This document shows, piece by piece, positions 37,089 to 46,325 of a DNA stretch of 64,000 bases (within the stretch, counting starts at the first letter, position 1; each line of letters opens with the position of its first letter). The position numbers and the translations under genes were made by a program. A model generated the notes under the pieces. It saw only the letters and a list, made by a program, of their open reading frames with translations, was not told the DNA's origin and did not search any database. The stretch is from Candidatus Bathyarchaeia archaeon. GTDB lineage: Archaea; Thermoproteota; Bathyarchaeia; 40CM-2-53-6. The stretch is taken from positions 192,001 to 256,000 of the forward strand of contig JBEKVV010000002.1 of NCBI GenBank assembly GCA_049513715.1, in the 5' to 3' direction.

Positions 37089-38717
37089 ATGTCCTATCTC
37101 ACTGGTCAACCTATTCTCATTTTGAAGGAAGGAGCGTCTCGAAACAGAGGCCGAGACGCGCAACATAGTAACATCACCGCTGCAATCATCGTATCTGAAG
37201 TCGTCAAAAGTACTTTGGGCCCACGAGGGATGGATAAGATGCTCGTGGACACTTTAGGCGACGTGACAGTTACTAACGATGGTGCCACAGTTCTCGACGA
37301 AATTGACGTTCAAAACCCCGCTGCCAAGATGATGGTTGAAGTCGCTAAGACTCAGGATGATGAGGTCGGCGATGGAACCACGACCGCGGTAATACTCGCT
37401 GGAGGTTTGCTCAAACGAGCACAGGACCTGTTGGACGACGATGTCCATCCAACAACTATCGTGGCGGGCTACAAGAAAGCAGCAGACAAAGCGGTTCAAG
37501 TTCTCGACTCGCTGTCCGAACCGATCAAAGTTGATGATAAGGTCGGCCTCAAAAAGGTCGCCATGACTGCGATGCACAGCAAAGGGCTCGGGGGAGCTCG
37601 CGAACACTTCGCCGATATTGCCCTCGAAGCGGTTCAACTGGTTAAGGAGAAGCGCGGAGATTCATGGTATGCGGATATCGACAACATTCAACTGGTCAAG
37701 AAAGAGGGCAAGAGCCTTCTCGACACGGAACTGGTGAAGGGCATCATCGTCGACAAAGAAGTCGTACATTCAGGAATGCCGAAGCAAATCAAGAACGCCA
37801 AGATCGCACTGCTTGACGCTGCCCTTGAAATCGAGAAGACTGAGATTTCGGCTGAGATTCGAATTAACGACCCAACACAGATGAAGGCCTTCTTGGATGA
37901 GGAAACTCATATGATGAAGGATATGGTGGACAAGATCAAAGCCTCTGGAGCCAACGTTGTGCTCTGCCAGAAGGGTATTGACGACACCACACAACACTAC
38001 CTATCCAAAGAGGGCATTCTAGGCGTTCGGAGAATCAAGAAATCAGACATGGAAAAGTTGGGGAGGGCGACTGGCGGCCGAATAATCACAAACCTCGACG
38101 ACCTCAAAGCCCCTGACCTTGGAAAGGCCGCGCTAGTTGAGGAACGAAAAATCGGTGACGACAAAATGGTTTTCATTGAAGGCTGCAAAGACCCGAGGGC
38201 CGTTAGCATATTGATCAGGGCTGGGCTCGAACGTTTGGTGGATGAAGCTGAAAGGGCGTTGAAGGATGCGATTTCAGTCTTGATCGATGTTGTGCAGAAA
38301 CCCAAAGTGGTCACTGGTGCTGGCGCAATTGAGGCAGAGCTTTCGAAGAAGCTCAGGGACTACGCTGCTAAGGTTGGCGGCCGCGAACAGCTGGCCATAG
38401 AGGCTTTTGCCGATACGCTTGAGATGATTCCCAAAACGCTCGCTGAGAACGCAGGCCTCGACCCAATCGACATAATGGTGGCCCTCCGCTCAGCACACGA
38501 CACGAAAACCGGTGTCACATTTGGCGTGGACGTGCTGAAGGGTGGGGTCAAGGACATGAAGAAGCAAGGCGTCGTCGAACCAGTTCGAGTCAAGGAGCAG
38601 GCAATCAAATCTGCAGCCGAAGCGGCATCGATGATTCTGAGGATTGACGACGTGATCGCTGCAGCGAAATCGGCACCCACACCGCCTCCTAGAGGCGGCG
38701 AAATGCCAGAATACTAA
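37089..38717 (+). CDS. ths: Thermosome (group II chaperonin) subunit
   Basis: [25 protein letters not shown] and LRIDDVIAA. Confidence 0.97.
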   Translation: MSYLTGQPILILKEGASRNRGRDAQHSNITAAIIVSEVVKSTLGPRGMDKMLVDTLGDVTVTNDGATVLDEIDVQNPAAKMMVEVAKTQDDEVGDGTTTAVILAGGLLKRAQDLLDDDVHPTTIVAGYKKAADKAVQVLDSLSEPIKVDDKVGLKKVAMTAMHSKGLGGAREHFADIALEAVQLVKEKRGDSWYADIDNIQLVKKEGKSLLDTELVKGIIVDKEVVHSGMPKQIKNAKIALLDAALEIEKTEISAEIRINDPTQMKAFLDEETHMMKDMVDKIKASGANVVLCQKGIDDTTQHYLSKEGILGVRRIKKSDMEKLGRATGGRIITNLDDLKAPDLGKAALVEERKIGDDKMVFIEGCKDPRAVSILIRAGLERLVDEAERALKDAISVLIDVVQKPKVVTGAGAIEAELSKKLRDYAAKVGGREQLAIEAFADTLEMIPKTLAENAGLDPIDIMVALRSAHDTKTGVTFGVDVLKGGVKDMKKQGVVEPVRVKEQAIKSAAEAASMILRIDDVIAAAKSAPTPPPRGGEMPEY

Positions 38718-38718
38718 A

Positions 38719-38753
38719 CCCCCTTTCCACTCTTCCTTCTTCTATTCCTTTCC
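38719..38753 (+). terminator. Pyrimidine-rich tract after the thermosome gene (putative terminator)
   Basis: C/T-rich run immediately after the stop codon. Confidence 0.4.
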
Positions 38754-38767
38754 GCGTTTGCACACGG

Positions 38768-38775
38768 TTAAAATA
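38768..38775 (+). promoter_or_regulatory. Putative TATA box of tRNA-Glu
   Basis: TTAAAATA starting 32 nt upstream of the leader acceptor copy at 38800, flanked by the 7-bp inverted repeat GCACACG/CGTGTGC. Confidence 0.55.
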
Positions 38776-38816
38776 GCGTGTGCTCTCGATAGTCGGATTG
38801 CTCCGGGCAACTGTGG

Positions 38817-38967
38817 GCTCCGGTAGAAGCGTTCTGCTACCGAATATAGCCCGGTCAAGGCGATTAGTCGCCGAGAGTATGCTGGCCTCTCGAGCATGAC
38901 GGGGAGAGTCAGCGACGCGGGTTCAAAAGCGAGTGCTCAACCGCTGAAAATCCCGCCCGGAGCACCA
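38817..38967 (+). tRNA. tRNA-Glu(CUC) with four BHB introns (10/11: 38827-38844; 20b/21: 38858-38875; 37/38: 38893-38906; 59/60: 38928-38950)
   Basis: Removing 18+18+14+23 nt gives the 78-nt GCTCCGG-TA-GTAT-AGCCCGGTCAA-GTAT-G-CTGGC-CTCTCGA-GTCAG-CGAC-GCGGG-TTCAAAT-CCCGC-CCGGAGC-A-CCA, a typical archaeal tRNA-Glu with encoded CCA. Confidence 0.9.
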
Positions 38968-39057
38968 AACCTCAAACGAATTTTGGGGCCGTGCGCCGAT
39001 TTCTTGGACCCCATAGGGTGGGGAGGGTTAGTTTTTTGCCCACCAAGCAATAATGGC

Positions 39058-40770
39058 TCATCCCATGCCTAAGCGTCGATTGATGTAGGCTTCGATGATT
39101 TGTCGAAGGGTCCCCAGTGCTATCGCGCCGTTACCCAGCAGCACGTCGTGGAATTCTCGAATGTCAAAGTGGTTGCCTAGCCGTTGTTTTGCTTCTTCGC
39201 GTAGGCGGAGGATTTCAAGTTGCCCTGTCTTGTATGCGACCGCTTGACCGGGCCATGTGATGTACCGGTCTACTTCGTTCACGATATTGTTCTCCGCGAG
39301 GGCTGTGTTCTGAATCATGAAGTCGATTGCCTGTCGCCGGGTCCATTTGTTCGCATGCATGCCCGTGTCGACTACGAGTCGGCATGCTCGCCATGCGTCA
39401 TAGGATAAAACACCGATTCGGTCCAGTTCGCTGGAGTAGAGACCCATCTCATCCGCTAGCCTCTCAGTGTACAATCCCCAACCCTCAATGAAAGCGGTGA
39501 CGCCACTGTACTTTCGGAACGCTGGGAGGTTTTCCAGTTCCTGTGCGATGGCGAGTTGTAAGTGATGGCCGGGAATTGATTCATGGTATGCAAGCACTTC
39601 CGCCTCATAGAGAGGTCTGGTTTCGGGCGCAGACGTGTTAATGTAGTACCGCCCTGGCCGAGAACCGTCGGCAGCCGGTTGACGATAATAGGCTATTGTG
39701 GAATGCTTCTCCTCATGTTCCTCCATCCTTACGACTTCGCAGTCTGCCTTCGGAAGCCGTCCAAACCAATTCGGGATTGCAGCCTTCGCCCGCGCCAGCG
39801 CAGCCTCTGCCTTCGCGGCAACTTCAGCCCGCGTCTTGAAGTACAGTGATTGGTCCGTTCGGAGGCGCTGCAAGATCTGTTTCCGGTCTCGGATTCCGAA
39901 TACTTTCTCTCCGAGCGCTTCCATCTCATGGTTGATTCGGGCAACTTCGCGGAGGCCTGTGTCGTGGACCTCATCCGGGGAGAGGTTGAGTGATGTGTGG
40001 ACGCGGATAAGTTGACGGTAACTTTCAACGCCACCCGGAACGTAGACAATCCCTGGAAGTTGTTGCGGGCGGGATCGTGGTAGGATCTCAGATTCGAGGA
40101 ATGCGAGGTACCGCAGGAACGCCGGACGTACAAATTCGCGGGCAGCACTCGTGAGGGCATCCCTAAACTCAAGTCGTTCCGTTTCCGTCCAATCATCGTG
40201 AGGGACGGTGAGTGGACGCAAGAGGGCCCACTCCTGCTCCGATTTATCTTTCAACTCCCGAATTTCGTCAATGACTTTCTCGACACATACCTGGATGGCT
40301 ACCTTGTTGGCGGCTTGGCCGCGGCGGAGATTTGCGATGTGGTGATCAAGATATTGGCCCATCCTCTGCCAGCGTTTCACCATCGCGCGACTTTCAACGG
40401 GGATGCGCACGGGTTGGTATGACTCCAAGTTCAAGAACTCAACCTGCGGACCGCTAAGCGGGTCCACGGTCCATTCCTCAAGGTGGCACCGCATATCATC
40501 AAGCAGTGCTTCAACGTCAACGAGAAGCGCAGCCAGCGTCAGCTGGTCTTTGGCGGAAAGACTCTTTTCAGGAATCTCATGGGCCCGCTGGAAGATGGAT
40601 GCGTATTGTCCCTCCTTCTGTGTGAGCGCTTGCGGAGTGATCTGTGGTAGCTGGTCGTCATATCGTCTATCCCCCAGTGCCGTTGCGTAAAGCGGTTCAT
40701 TGATCATACGAATTTGCCAGTACTCGGCGGCAAGAGTTGCCAATTGCTTCGAAGCTGCGGTCTCAGGCAA
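39058..40770 (-). CDS. DUF885 family protein (metallopeptidase-like)
   Basis: YHESIPGHHLQ, FIEGWGLYTE, RACRLVVDTGMH and EVDRYITWPGQAVAYKTG. Confidence 0.9.
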   Translation of the reverse strand: MPETAASKQLATLAAEYWQIRMINEPLYATALGDRRYDDQLPQITPQALTQKEGQYASIFQRAHEIPEKSLSAKDQLTLAALLVDVEALLDDMRCHLEEWTVDPLSGPQVEFLNLESYQPVRIPVESRAMVKRWQRMGQYLDHHIANLRRGQAANKVAIQVCVEKVIDEIRELKDKSEQEWALLRPLTVPHDDWTETERLEFRDALTSAAREFVRPAFLRYLAFLESEILPRSRPQQLPGIVYVPGGVESYRQLIRVHTSLNLSPDEVHDTGLREVARINHEMEALGEKVFGIRDRKQILQRLRTDQSLYFKTRAEVAAKAEAALARAKAAIPNWFGRLPKADCEVVRMEEHEEKHSTIAYYRQPAADGSRPGRYYINTSAPETRPLYEAEVLAYHESIPGHHLQLAIAQELENLPAFRKYSGVTAFIEGWGLYTERLADEMGLYSSELDRIGVLSYDAWRACRLVVDTGMHANKWTRRQAIDFMIQNTALAENNIVNEVDRYITWPGQAVAYKTGQLEILRLREEAKQRLGNHFDIREFHDVLLGNGAIALGTLRQIIEAYINRRLGMG

Positions 40771-41227
40771 CGCGTTTCAGTTCCCCCACGGCTCGAACAA
40801 CTTGTCACAGGCTGAGGGTTCAAAGATATCATATATCCGAATAAAACCTGTGAGTTTCTCTGGTGTTACCGAACGACTTCAAGCCAAAGAAAGACGATTT
40901 CCGCGGCTGGATCGTCGCGAAAACCGCTTGGAGCACTCAGCTATCCAACCTCGAAGTCACAGTCAGGGTTGGGGGTTCTTCGTGATTTTGTGGCTGGAGC
41001 CAGCAAGGCTTTCAGGAAGGCTTGGGGCGCATGTCTAACAGGGTAGTCTCAACTGAGCAAGTGCGGTTAATGTGATGCAATTGTGAACGGTTTCAATCAG
41101 AATCCCAAACGCAATTGCCGAGCTCTGTAAATAGATTTCATTTGGTGGAATTTTCATCCAACGCCTTAATAATCCATTCAACTCACGAACAAGCCACATC
41201 AAAGTGAATGTTGAACGGTGAACTGGT

Positions 41228-41602
41228 TTGGATGTTCCTAGGTTTACCGATCTCGAATTGTTCCTTATGTCAGGTTGGATATCCTACATACTAGTCCGAA
41301 CTCTTGCCGACTCCGTCAAACTCCGGTTATACTTAGACTTCAAGGACTGGAAGATCAAGGTCGGAAGGCCGTTGCAGTCTCAGCCCAAGTCCGTGTTTGG
41401 CAAGGCCTCCCAGGCGATTGGCGGACAGAAGGATGTCCCGAACACGCATATTCATCACTTTGTGTTTGGGATGGGCCTCATGCCGTTCACTTTTATTGCC
41501 CTTTACTGGCGCTTCTGGTTTGGCCCAATACTGGCTGGCGTGGTCATGGCGCTAGTATTTTCCGAAATCAAAGAACTCGTTCTGATGAACTGGGGCCAAT
41601 AG
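41228..41602 (+). CDS. Small membrane hypothetical protein
   Basis: HIHHFVFG motif with 2-3 TM segments. Confidence 0.6.
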   Translation: MDVPRFTDLELFLMSGWISYILVRTLADSVKLRLYLDFKDWKIKVGRPLQSQPKSVFGKASQAIGGQKDVPNTHIHHFVFGMGLMPFTFIALYWRFWFGPILAGVVMALVFSEIKELVLMNWGQ

Positions 41603-41765
41603 ATCGTCCACACAATCCCAAGTCCTGGATATTTCAGGAGCAAATAATCCGGCGAATGCATCACGGCGGAGGCGGGCTGAACTCATCGACTAATGTGGTG
41701 AAACAGGGCGATGAGTAGAACACTGAGAAGCTTTTTGAGTTAAGAATAGGACCTGATAGCGCTTG

Positions 41766-41873
41766 GGGCCCGTAGCTCAGCTAGGTTAGAGCGACAGAAA
41801 ACCAAAGGTCGAAGCTCATAAGAAGAACGGAGAAACCTGCTGGTCGAGGGTTCGAATCCCTCCGGGCCCACCA
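41766..41873 (+). tRNA. tRNA with CAU anticodon, most likely Ile2, with two BHB introns (30/31: 41798-41813; 37/38: 41821-41834)
   Basis: Removing 16+14 nt gives the 78-nt GGGCCCG-TA-GCTC-AGCTAGGTTA-GAGC-G-ACAGG-CTCATAA-CCTGC-TGGTC-GAGGG-TTCGAAT-CCCTC-CGGGCCC-A-CCA. The GGGCCC acceptor is Ile-like rather than initiator or elongator Met. Confidence 0.88.
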
Positions 41874-41953
41874 TCAAAACCAATGCCTCTTCTCGTTCCT
41901 GCATGATGTGTTAGCGGGACAAGTGATATCGTGCGTATGGGTTCAGCTTGGCT

Positions 41954-43555
41954 TTAGATCCCAAGGGCTAATCCGTCTCTCCTAGGATCCGCGCCTCCTT
42001 CTAGTGTGTTATCAGGATTGATAATGGCTGCGTGGACACCGCCAAAGTACATGCCTCTGTCCTGCGAAATTGTCGGCCGCTTCACTTTGACATCATACCC
42101 CATCCCGCAAAGGCTCGCAGCAGAGTCCTTTCCTACACCGTTTTCCAACTGGACCTGGTTTTGCTGGATGTGCATTCTCGGTGCCGAAACGGCTTTTTTG
42201 ATGGACATTCCAAATTCGAGAACGTTGAGGATGGCCTGGAGTGTCGATGAAACGATTCTCGTCCCGCCCGCTGACCCGGCTGTCAAGAATGGTGTTCCGT
42301 TTTTCAGGATGATTGAGGGGCTCATGCTGCTCATGGGTATCTTCCATGGCGCGACGGAATTCGGCTGATTCGGGTTGGGGTCGAAGTCATGCATTGTATC
42401 ATTCAGAATGATTCCAGTATCCGGGACGACAATGCCGGAGCCGAAGTAGCATTCTATACTCTCTGTCACGGATGCAATGTTGTGTTCCGAGTCGACTGCC
42501 ACGAGGTGACTCGTACTAGAGGTGGGCATTGAGGAGAGGTCTGCAGGTCTGAGTGGCAGCGACGCCGCTCCTGGTTTGATTGTGGAAGAGAGTGCCTTCG
42601 CGACCTCTTTCGAAATCAATCGGTCTAGAGATGTTCGAGAGAAATCAGGATCGCATATGTGTGCTCGGCAGTTGAGGTAGCCTCGGCTCAGTGTCTCGGC
42701 TATGGTGTGCAGGGCTTGTCCTGAATTGTGGCCACAGCTTTGCAGTGGGTAATTCTCCAGCATGTTCAAGGTCTCTAGAATTATGGAACCCCCAGAGCTA
42801 GGAGGTGGTGCCGATATTATTTCGAAGTCTTTGTAGGTTCCGTGAACGGGGTCCCGTACGGTTGGATTGAAGCTCTCTAAATCCTCGCTAGACAATAGAC
42901 CCCCATTGGACTCCATGTCCTCAATGATTCGTTTGGCGATTCGGCCACTGTAGAACTCGCTAGGGCCCTCTTGGGCTATGGCTGAGTAGCTCTTGGCCAA
43001 TTCCTTGAGTGTGATCTTGTCTCCTTCACGGTACGGTTTGCCCTTCTTCAGGTAGATTGCATTGGACATCTTGAACCGTTTCAGTTTGGGCGCGCTCTGT
43101 TTCCACGCAAAGGCCAAGGCCTTGGTTACTTGCACTCCCTTGCGAGCGTAGGATACGGCTGGGGTGATTACCTCTCTTAGGCTCATTCTGCCATACTTCT
43201 CTAGCATCAACGAGTGTCCTGCAATGGCCCCTGGAACCGCGACGGCCTTGTATCCGGCAGAATTCTCATCGCGGACAACTTTACCTGTGCGAGTTACTCG
43301 GAACATGGCTTCCCTTGCAGAGTGAGGTGCTCGCTCCCGATAGTCCACGAACAACGCCTTGTCTTCTCTGGCTAACCAGATTAGCGCGAACCCACCGCCA
43401 CCAATGCCGGAGAAGGCCGGTGCTGCTACGCCGAGTCCCAACGCAGTAGCAACGGCCGCATCTACAGCGTTACCGCCTTTCTTGAGAATGCTCACTCCAA
43501 GTTTCGTTGCCAACGGGTGGGCCGAGACTACTATGCCCGATTTGAATTGGGGCAA
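41954..43555 (-). CDS. ggt: Gamma-glutamyltransferase
   Basis: GGNAVDAAVA, SGIGGGGF, DYRERAP, PPPSSGG, TSHL (Ntn Thr), SSMSP and GGADPRRDG. Confidence 0.95.
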   Translation of the reverse strand: MPQFKSGIVVSAHPLATKLGVSILKKGGNAVDAAVATALGLGVAAPAFSGIGGGGFALIWLAREDKALFVDYRERAPHSAREAMFRVTRTGKVVRDENSAGYKAVAVPGAIAGHSLMLEKYGRMSLREVITPAVSYARKGVQVTKALAFAWKQSAPKLKRFKMSNAIYLKKGKPYREGDKITLKELAKSYSAIAQEGPSEFYSGRIAKRIIEDMESNGGLLSSEDLESFNPTVRDPVHGTYKDFEIISAPPPSSGGSIILETLNMLENYPLQSCGHNSGQALHTIAETLSRGYLNCRAHICDPDFSRTSLDRLISKEVAKALSSTIKPGAASLPLRPADLSSMPTSSTSHLVAVDSEHNIASVTESIECYFGSGIVVPDTGIILNDTMHDFDPNPNQPNSVAPWKIPMSSMSPSIILKNGTPFLTAGSAGGTRIVSSTLQAILNVLEFGMSIKKAVSAPRMHIQQNQVQLENGVGKDSAASLCGMGYDVKVKRPTISQDRGMYFGGVHAAIINPDNTLEGGADPRRDGLALGI

Positions 43556-43629
43556 ATCGCACCTTTTGGGACTGTTCCGTTGGTATTATTAGAAGTTGAC
43601 GCGCTCACGTGCTTCGCTGATGCTGTGCC

Positions 43630-44823
43630 GTGATCGTTCTCTCCGACCTCCCAGTGATTGATGCCCACTGCCACTCTTACCTTGAATCGCCGAGAGTACT
43701 GAGCGCAAATGATTTTGCTCGGTACGCGAGCATTTTGTCTGTTCAACCTGATTTCCTTGCTGGGGAATTTGCCCCAAGCAAAGACCAGCTTGACCTGTCT
43801 CGCGCTAGGCTTGCGAGGATGTATCGAGAACAGCCCTTCTTCAATCACATGATCCGACTGCTCTCACGTTTCTTCCAATGCGAACCTGAACTTGAAGCGG
43901 TCGCGGCCGCGAGAAGCACGAGAGCCGCGAATTTCGAGGAGTATGTCAAGGGACTGTTCCTCGATGCGCGAATTCGTGGGTTGGTATTGGACGGTGGCTA
44001 CCCACCTTTGAAGGAGGAAGACCTAAGACGATTTCCGGCCAAAGTGGTCAGGGTTTTTCGACTTGAAACCTTCATCAAAGACCTCCTCGCCCGACACGAT
44101 TCCTTCAACGAATTCCATTCCGAATATGAACGGGGCATAAGGGACGCAATCAAGAAGCAGGGTTACGTTGGCCTGAAGTCCATCATCGCGTACCGAACAG
44201 GGCTCAAGATTCGACGGGTCGAACTGAAGGATGCGAAAAAAGACTTCCTTGCCGCAAAGAAGGGCCGCGCAGAGCTAGCATGGTACGGCCCAAAGGTGAA
44301 GAAGCTCCGCGATTTCCTAGTCGTCAGAGCACTGGAGCTGTCGATCGATCTGAATGTCCCAATGCAAATCCACACAGGGGTGGGCGATTATGAGATTGTG
44401 CTCGATGAATGCGACCCGAGCCTGATGTACGAGCTTCTGAAGGATGAGAAGCTTCGCCATGCTACGGTTGTGCTTGTTCATTCAGGTTTCCCGAATAATC
44501 AAAACGCATCATTCATGGCCTCAGCCCTACCAAACGTCTTCCTAGACTTCTCTCTGACAATTCCATTTCTGAACCCTGCGAGCCACGAGCGTTTACTGGA
44601 AATCCTCCAGATCGCACCGTCCTCTAAGATCATGTATGGTTCAGACGGGTTCAACATACCCGAACTGTTCTGGTTGAGCGTGAAGATTGGGAAACGGATT
44701 CTGGAACAATGCTTCACGAGGTTGATTCAGGAAGGAATCTTCGATGAGAATGAGAGTAACCAAAAAGCCAAGCAGATTCTTTTCACGAATGCAAACGAAC
44801 TGTACCACGTTGGACTTATGTGA
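43630..44823 (+). CDS. Amidohydrolase family protein (similar to FluG/NodGS N-terminal domain)
   Basis: IDAHCH, LKSIIAYRTGL, QIHTGVGD, VLVH, YGSDG...PELFW. Confidence 0.85.
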   Translation: MIVLSDLPVIDAHCHSYLESPRVLSANDFARYASILSVQPDFLAGEFAPSKDQLDLSRARLARMYREQPFFNHMIRLLSRFFQCEPELEAVAAARSTRAANFEEYVKGLFLDARIRGLVLDGGYPPLKEEDLRRFPAKVVRVFRLETFIKDLLARHDSFNEFHSEYERGIRDAIKKQGYVGLKSIIAYRTGLKIRRVELKDAKKDFLAAKKGRAELAWYGPKVKKLRDFLVVRALELSIDLNVPMQIHTGVGDYEIVLDECDPSLMYELLKDEKLRHATVVLVHSGFPNNQNASFMASALPNVFLDFSLTIPFLNPASHERLLEILQIAPSSKIMYGSDGFNIPELFWLSVKIGKRILEQCFTRLIQEGIFDENESNQKAKQILFTNANELYHVGLM

Positions 44824-44899
44824 AGCCCCAGATTTGTTCAGTAATTTAGTCTCAGTTCTTTTATACGCGAGCGAAACTCACTAAACATCCGGGATTTTC

Positions 44900-46264
44900 T
44901 TGTCACGCGACTCGGTCATCAAAGCCATACACGACAAACAGATTCGCTTACTAAGCGTTGAGTACGTGGATTTCGGAGGTATCTCCAGATCCAAAGCGAG
45001 AACCGTCGGAGACCTAGACGCGTTCCTTGAAAGTGGGGTCGGTTTCGCGAAAGGCAATTTTGGAATAACCGCGTTCGATACCATAGCGGCCGAACCAGGG
45101 TACACGGTTGCGTCCGGGGAAGCGAACCTTGTTCCAGACTTGGAAACGTTCGCCGTCCCACCATATGCAAACAAAGTTGCCCGATTCATGGGGGAACTGA
45201 AGAACTTCGATGGTTCGAGCTGGGAACTATGCCCACGCCACACCTACCGCAACTACTTGGAGCGAGTGGAAGGCTTAGGCTACAAGTACTTCGGCGGACC
45301 CGAAATGGAATTCAATGTAGTCAAACGAGATGGAACTTCTGTCCAACCATGGATTACGGCGGGAATGCAGTCGCAGCATGGGCTTGAGGTTGGAGCCGAG
45401 TTTCTGTCTGAGGTGGTTGAGAACGTTGAAGCAATGAATGTCAAGATCACAAAAGCACACGCCGAGGGTGGAGGAACCTATGGAGGCCACTTCGAAATTG
45501 ACATCCACCACCAACCAGGAGTCAAATGCGCAGACGACGTTGTCACCTTCAGAGATGCGGCGAAGGCCATTGCCCAACAAAAAGGCCTGGTCGCGACATT
45601 CCTCGCCAAAATCGGAGAACCATTCACAGGTAGTGGAATGCACCTCAACAGCAGCCTCAGCGACCCGAAGACTGGCCGGAACCTGTTTGCCGACCAAAAC
45701 GACAAACGAGGCCTGGGCCTCAGCCAAACATGTTACTACTTCATCGGAGGAGTTCTGGAACACACCCGCGGGCTCTGCGCAGCTGTCGCAGCGAATGTGA
45801 ACTCATACAAACGCCTAATTCACCCCGGCCACTGGGCCGCGGACGGCGTATTCTACGCAGTGGGACACAGAGGGGCTGCAGTCAGGGTTCCTCGCATCGC
45901 TGGCAAATCTGAGACAGCACATGTCGAATTCCGTGTTCCCGACCCAGCCTGCAACCCATACATCGCATTCACCTGCCTACTCGCCGCAGGCATGGATGGC
46001 ATCAAACGCAAGCTTGATCCAGGCGACCCAATAACCGACGATGTTAGCCGCTTGAGCAAGGCTGAACGTCAAAAGCGCGGAATTAAACCAATTCCGAAGA
46101 GCCTCTACGAGGCAGTCGAAGAATTCCGAAGGGACGAAGTATTCAAAGACGCTCTTGGCAAGGCGTTCTTTGACGAGTACGCTGAGATGAAACTCGCAGA
46201 GTGGGATGAGTACAGCGCTCGAGTCACTCCGTGGGAGACCGAACGGATGATCGACTTCCACTAG
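44900..46264 (+). CDS. Glutamine synthetase-like gamma-glutamyl ligase
   Basis: LVPDLET, PEMEF, GSGMHLNSSL, NSYKRL, AAVRVP and EFRVPDPACNPY; divergent HAEGGGTYGGHFEID segment. Confidence 0.88.
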   Translation: MSRDSVIKAIHDKQIRLLSVEYVDFGGISRSKARTVGDLDAFLESGVGFAKGNFGITAFDTIAAEPGYTVASGEANLVPDLETFAVPPYANKVARFMGELKNFDGSSWELCPRHTYRNYLERVEGLGYKYFGGPEMEFNVVKRDGTSVQPWITAGMQSQHGLEVGAEFLSEVVENVEAMNVKITKAHAEGGGTYGGHFEIDIHHQPGVKCADDVVTFRDAAKAIAQQKGLVATFLAKIGEPFTGSGMHLNSSLSDPKTGRNLFADQNDKRGLGLSQTCYYFIGGVLEHTRGLCAAVAANVNSYKRLIHPGHWAADGVFYAVGHRGAAVRVPRIAGKSETAHVEFRVPDPACNPYIAFTCLLAAGMDGIKRKLDPGDPITDDVSRLSKAERQKRGIKPIPKSLYEAVEEFRRDEVFKDALGKAFFDEYAEMKLAEWDEYSARVTPWETERMIDFH

Positions 46265-46325
46265 GCCTGGTCAAATGCAGGCAGGCCTCTGAAGAAAATG
46301 CGGTTGCGTTTGAGTTTCTCGTCTT

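Noticed and set aside
38800..38823. A fifth intron (17 nt) inside the tRNA-Glu acceptor stem
   Set aside because: Cuts 1/2 to 7/8 were tested and none gives a proper central helix. The one good helix (GCUC/GGGC) would splice to GCUCCG-CGG and break the acceptor. Kept only as an alternative.
39015..39037. Third copy of the G-tract element (GGGTGGGGAGGGTTAG)
   Set aside because: Only partial similarity to the core and no CTGACTTTT. It may be a terminator region between convergent genes.
41677..41726. Hammerhead ribozyme or C/D sRNA around the ACTCATCG/CGATGAGT inverted repeat
   Set aside because: It lacks the CUGANGA core and a proper C box. Only an 8-bp inverted repeat is supported.
38956..41873. 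Integrated element bounded by tRNA 3'-end duplications (att sites)
   Set aside because: No repeat of the Glu or Ile2 3' end and no integrase were found. A short GGAGCACCAAA match near 55008 is inside lon coding sequence and is likely chance.
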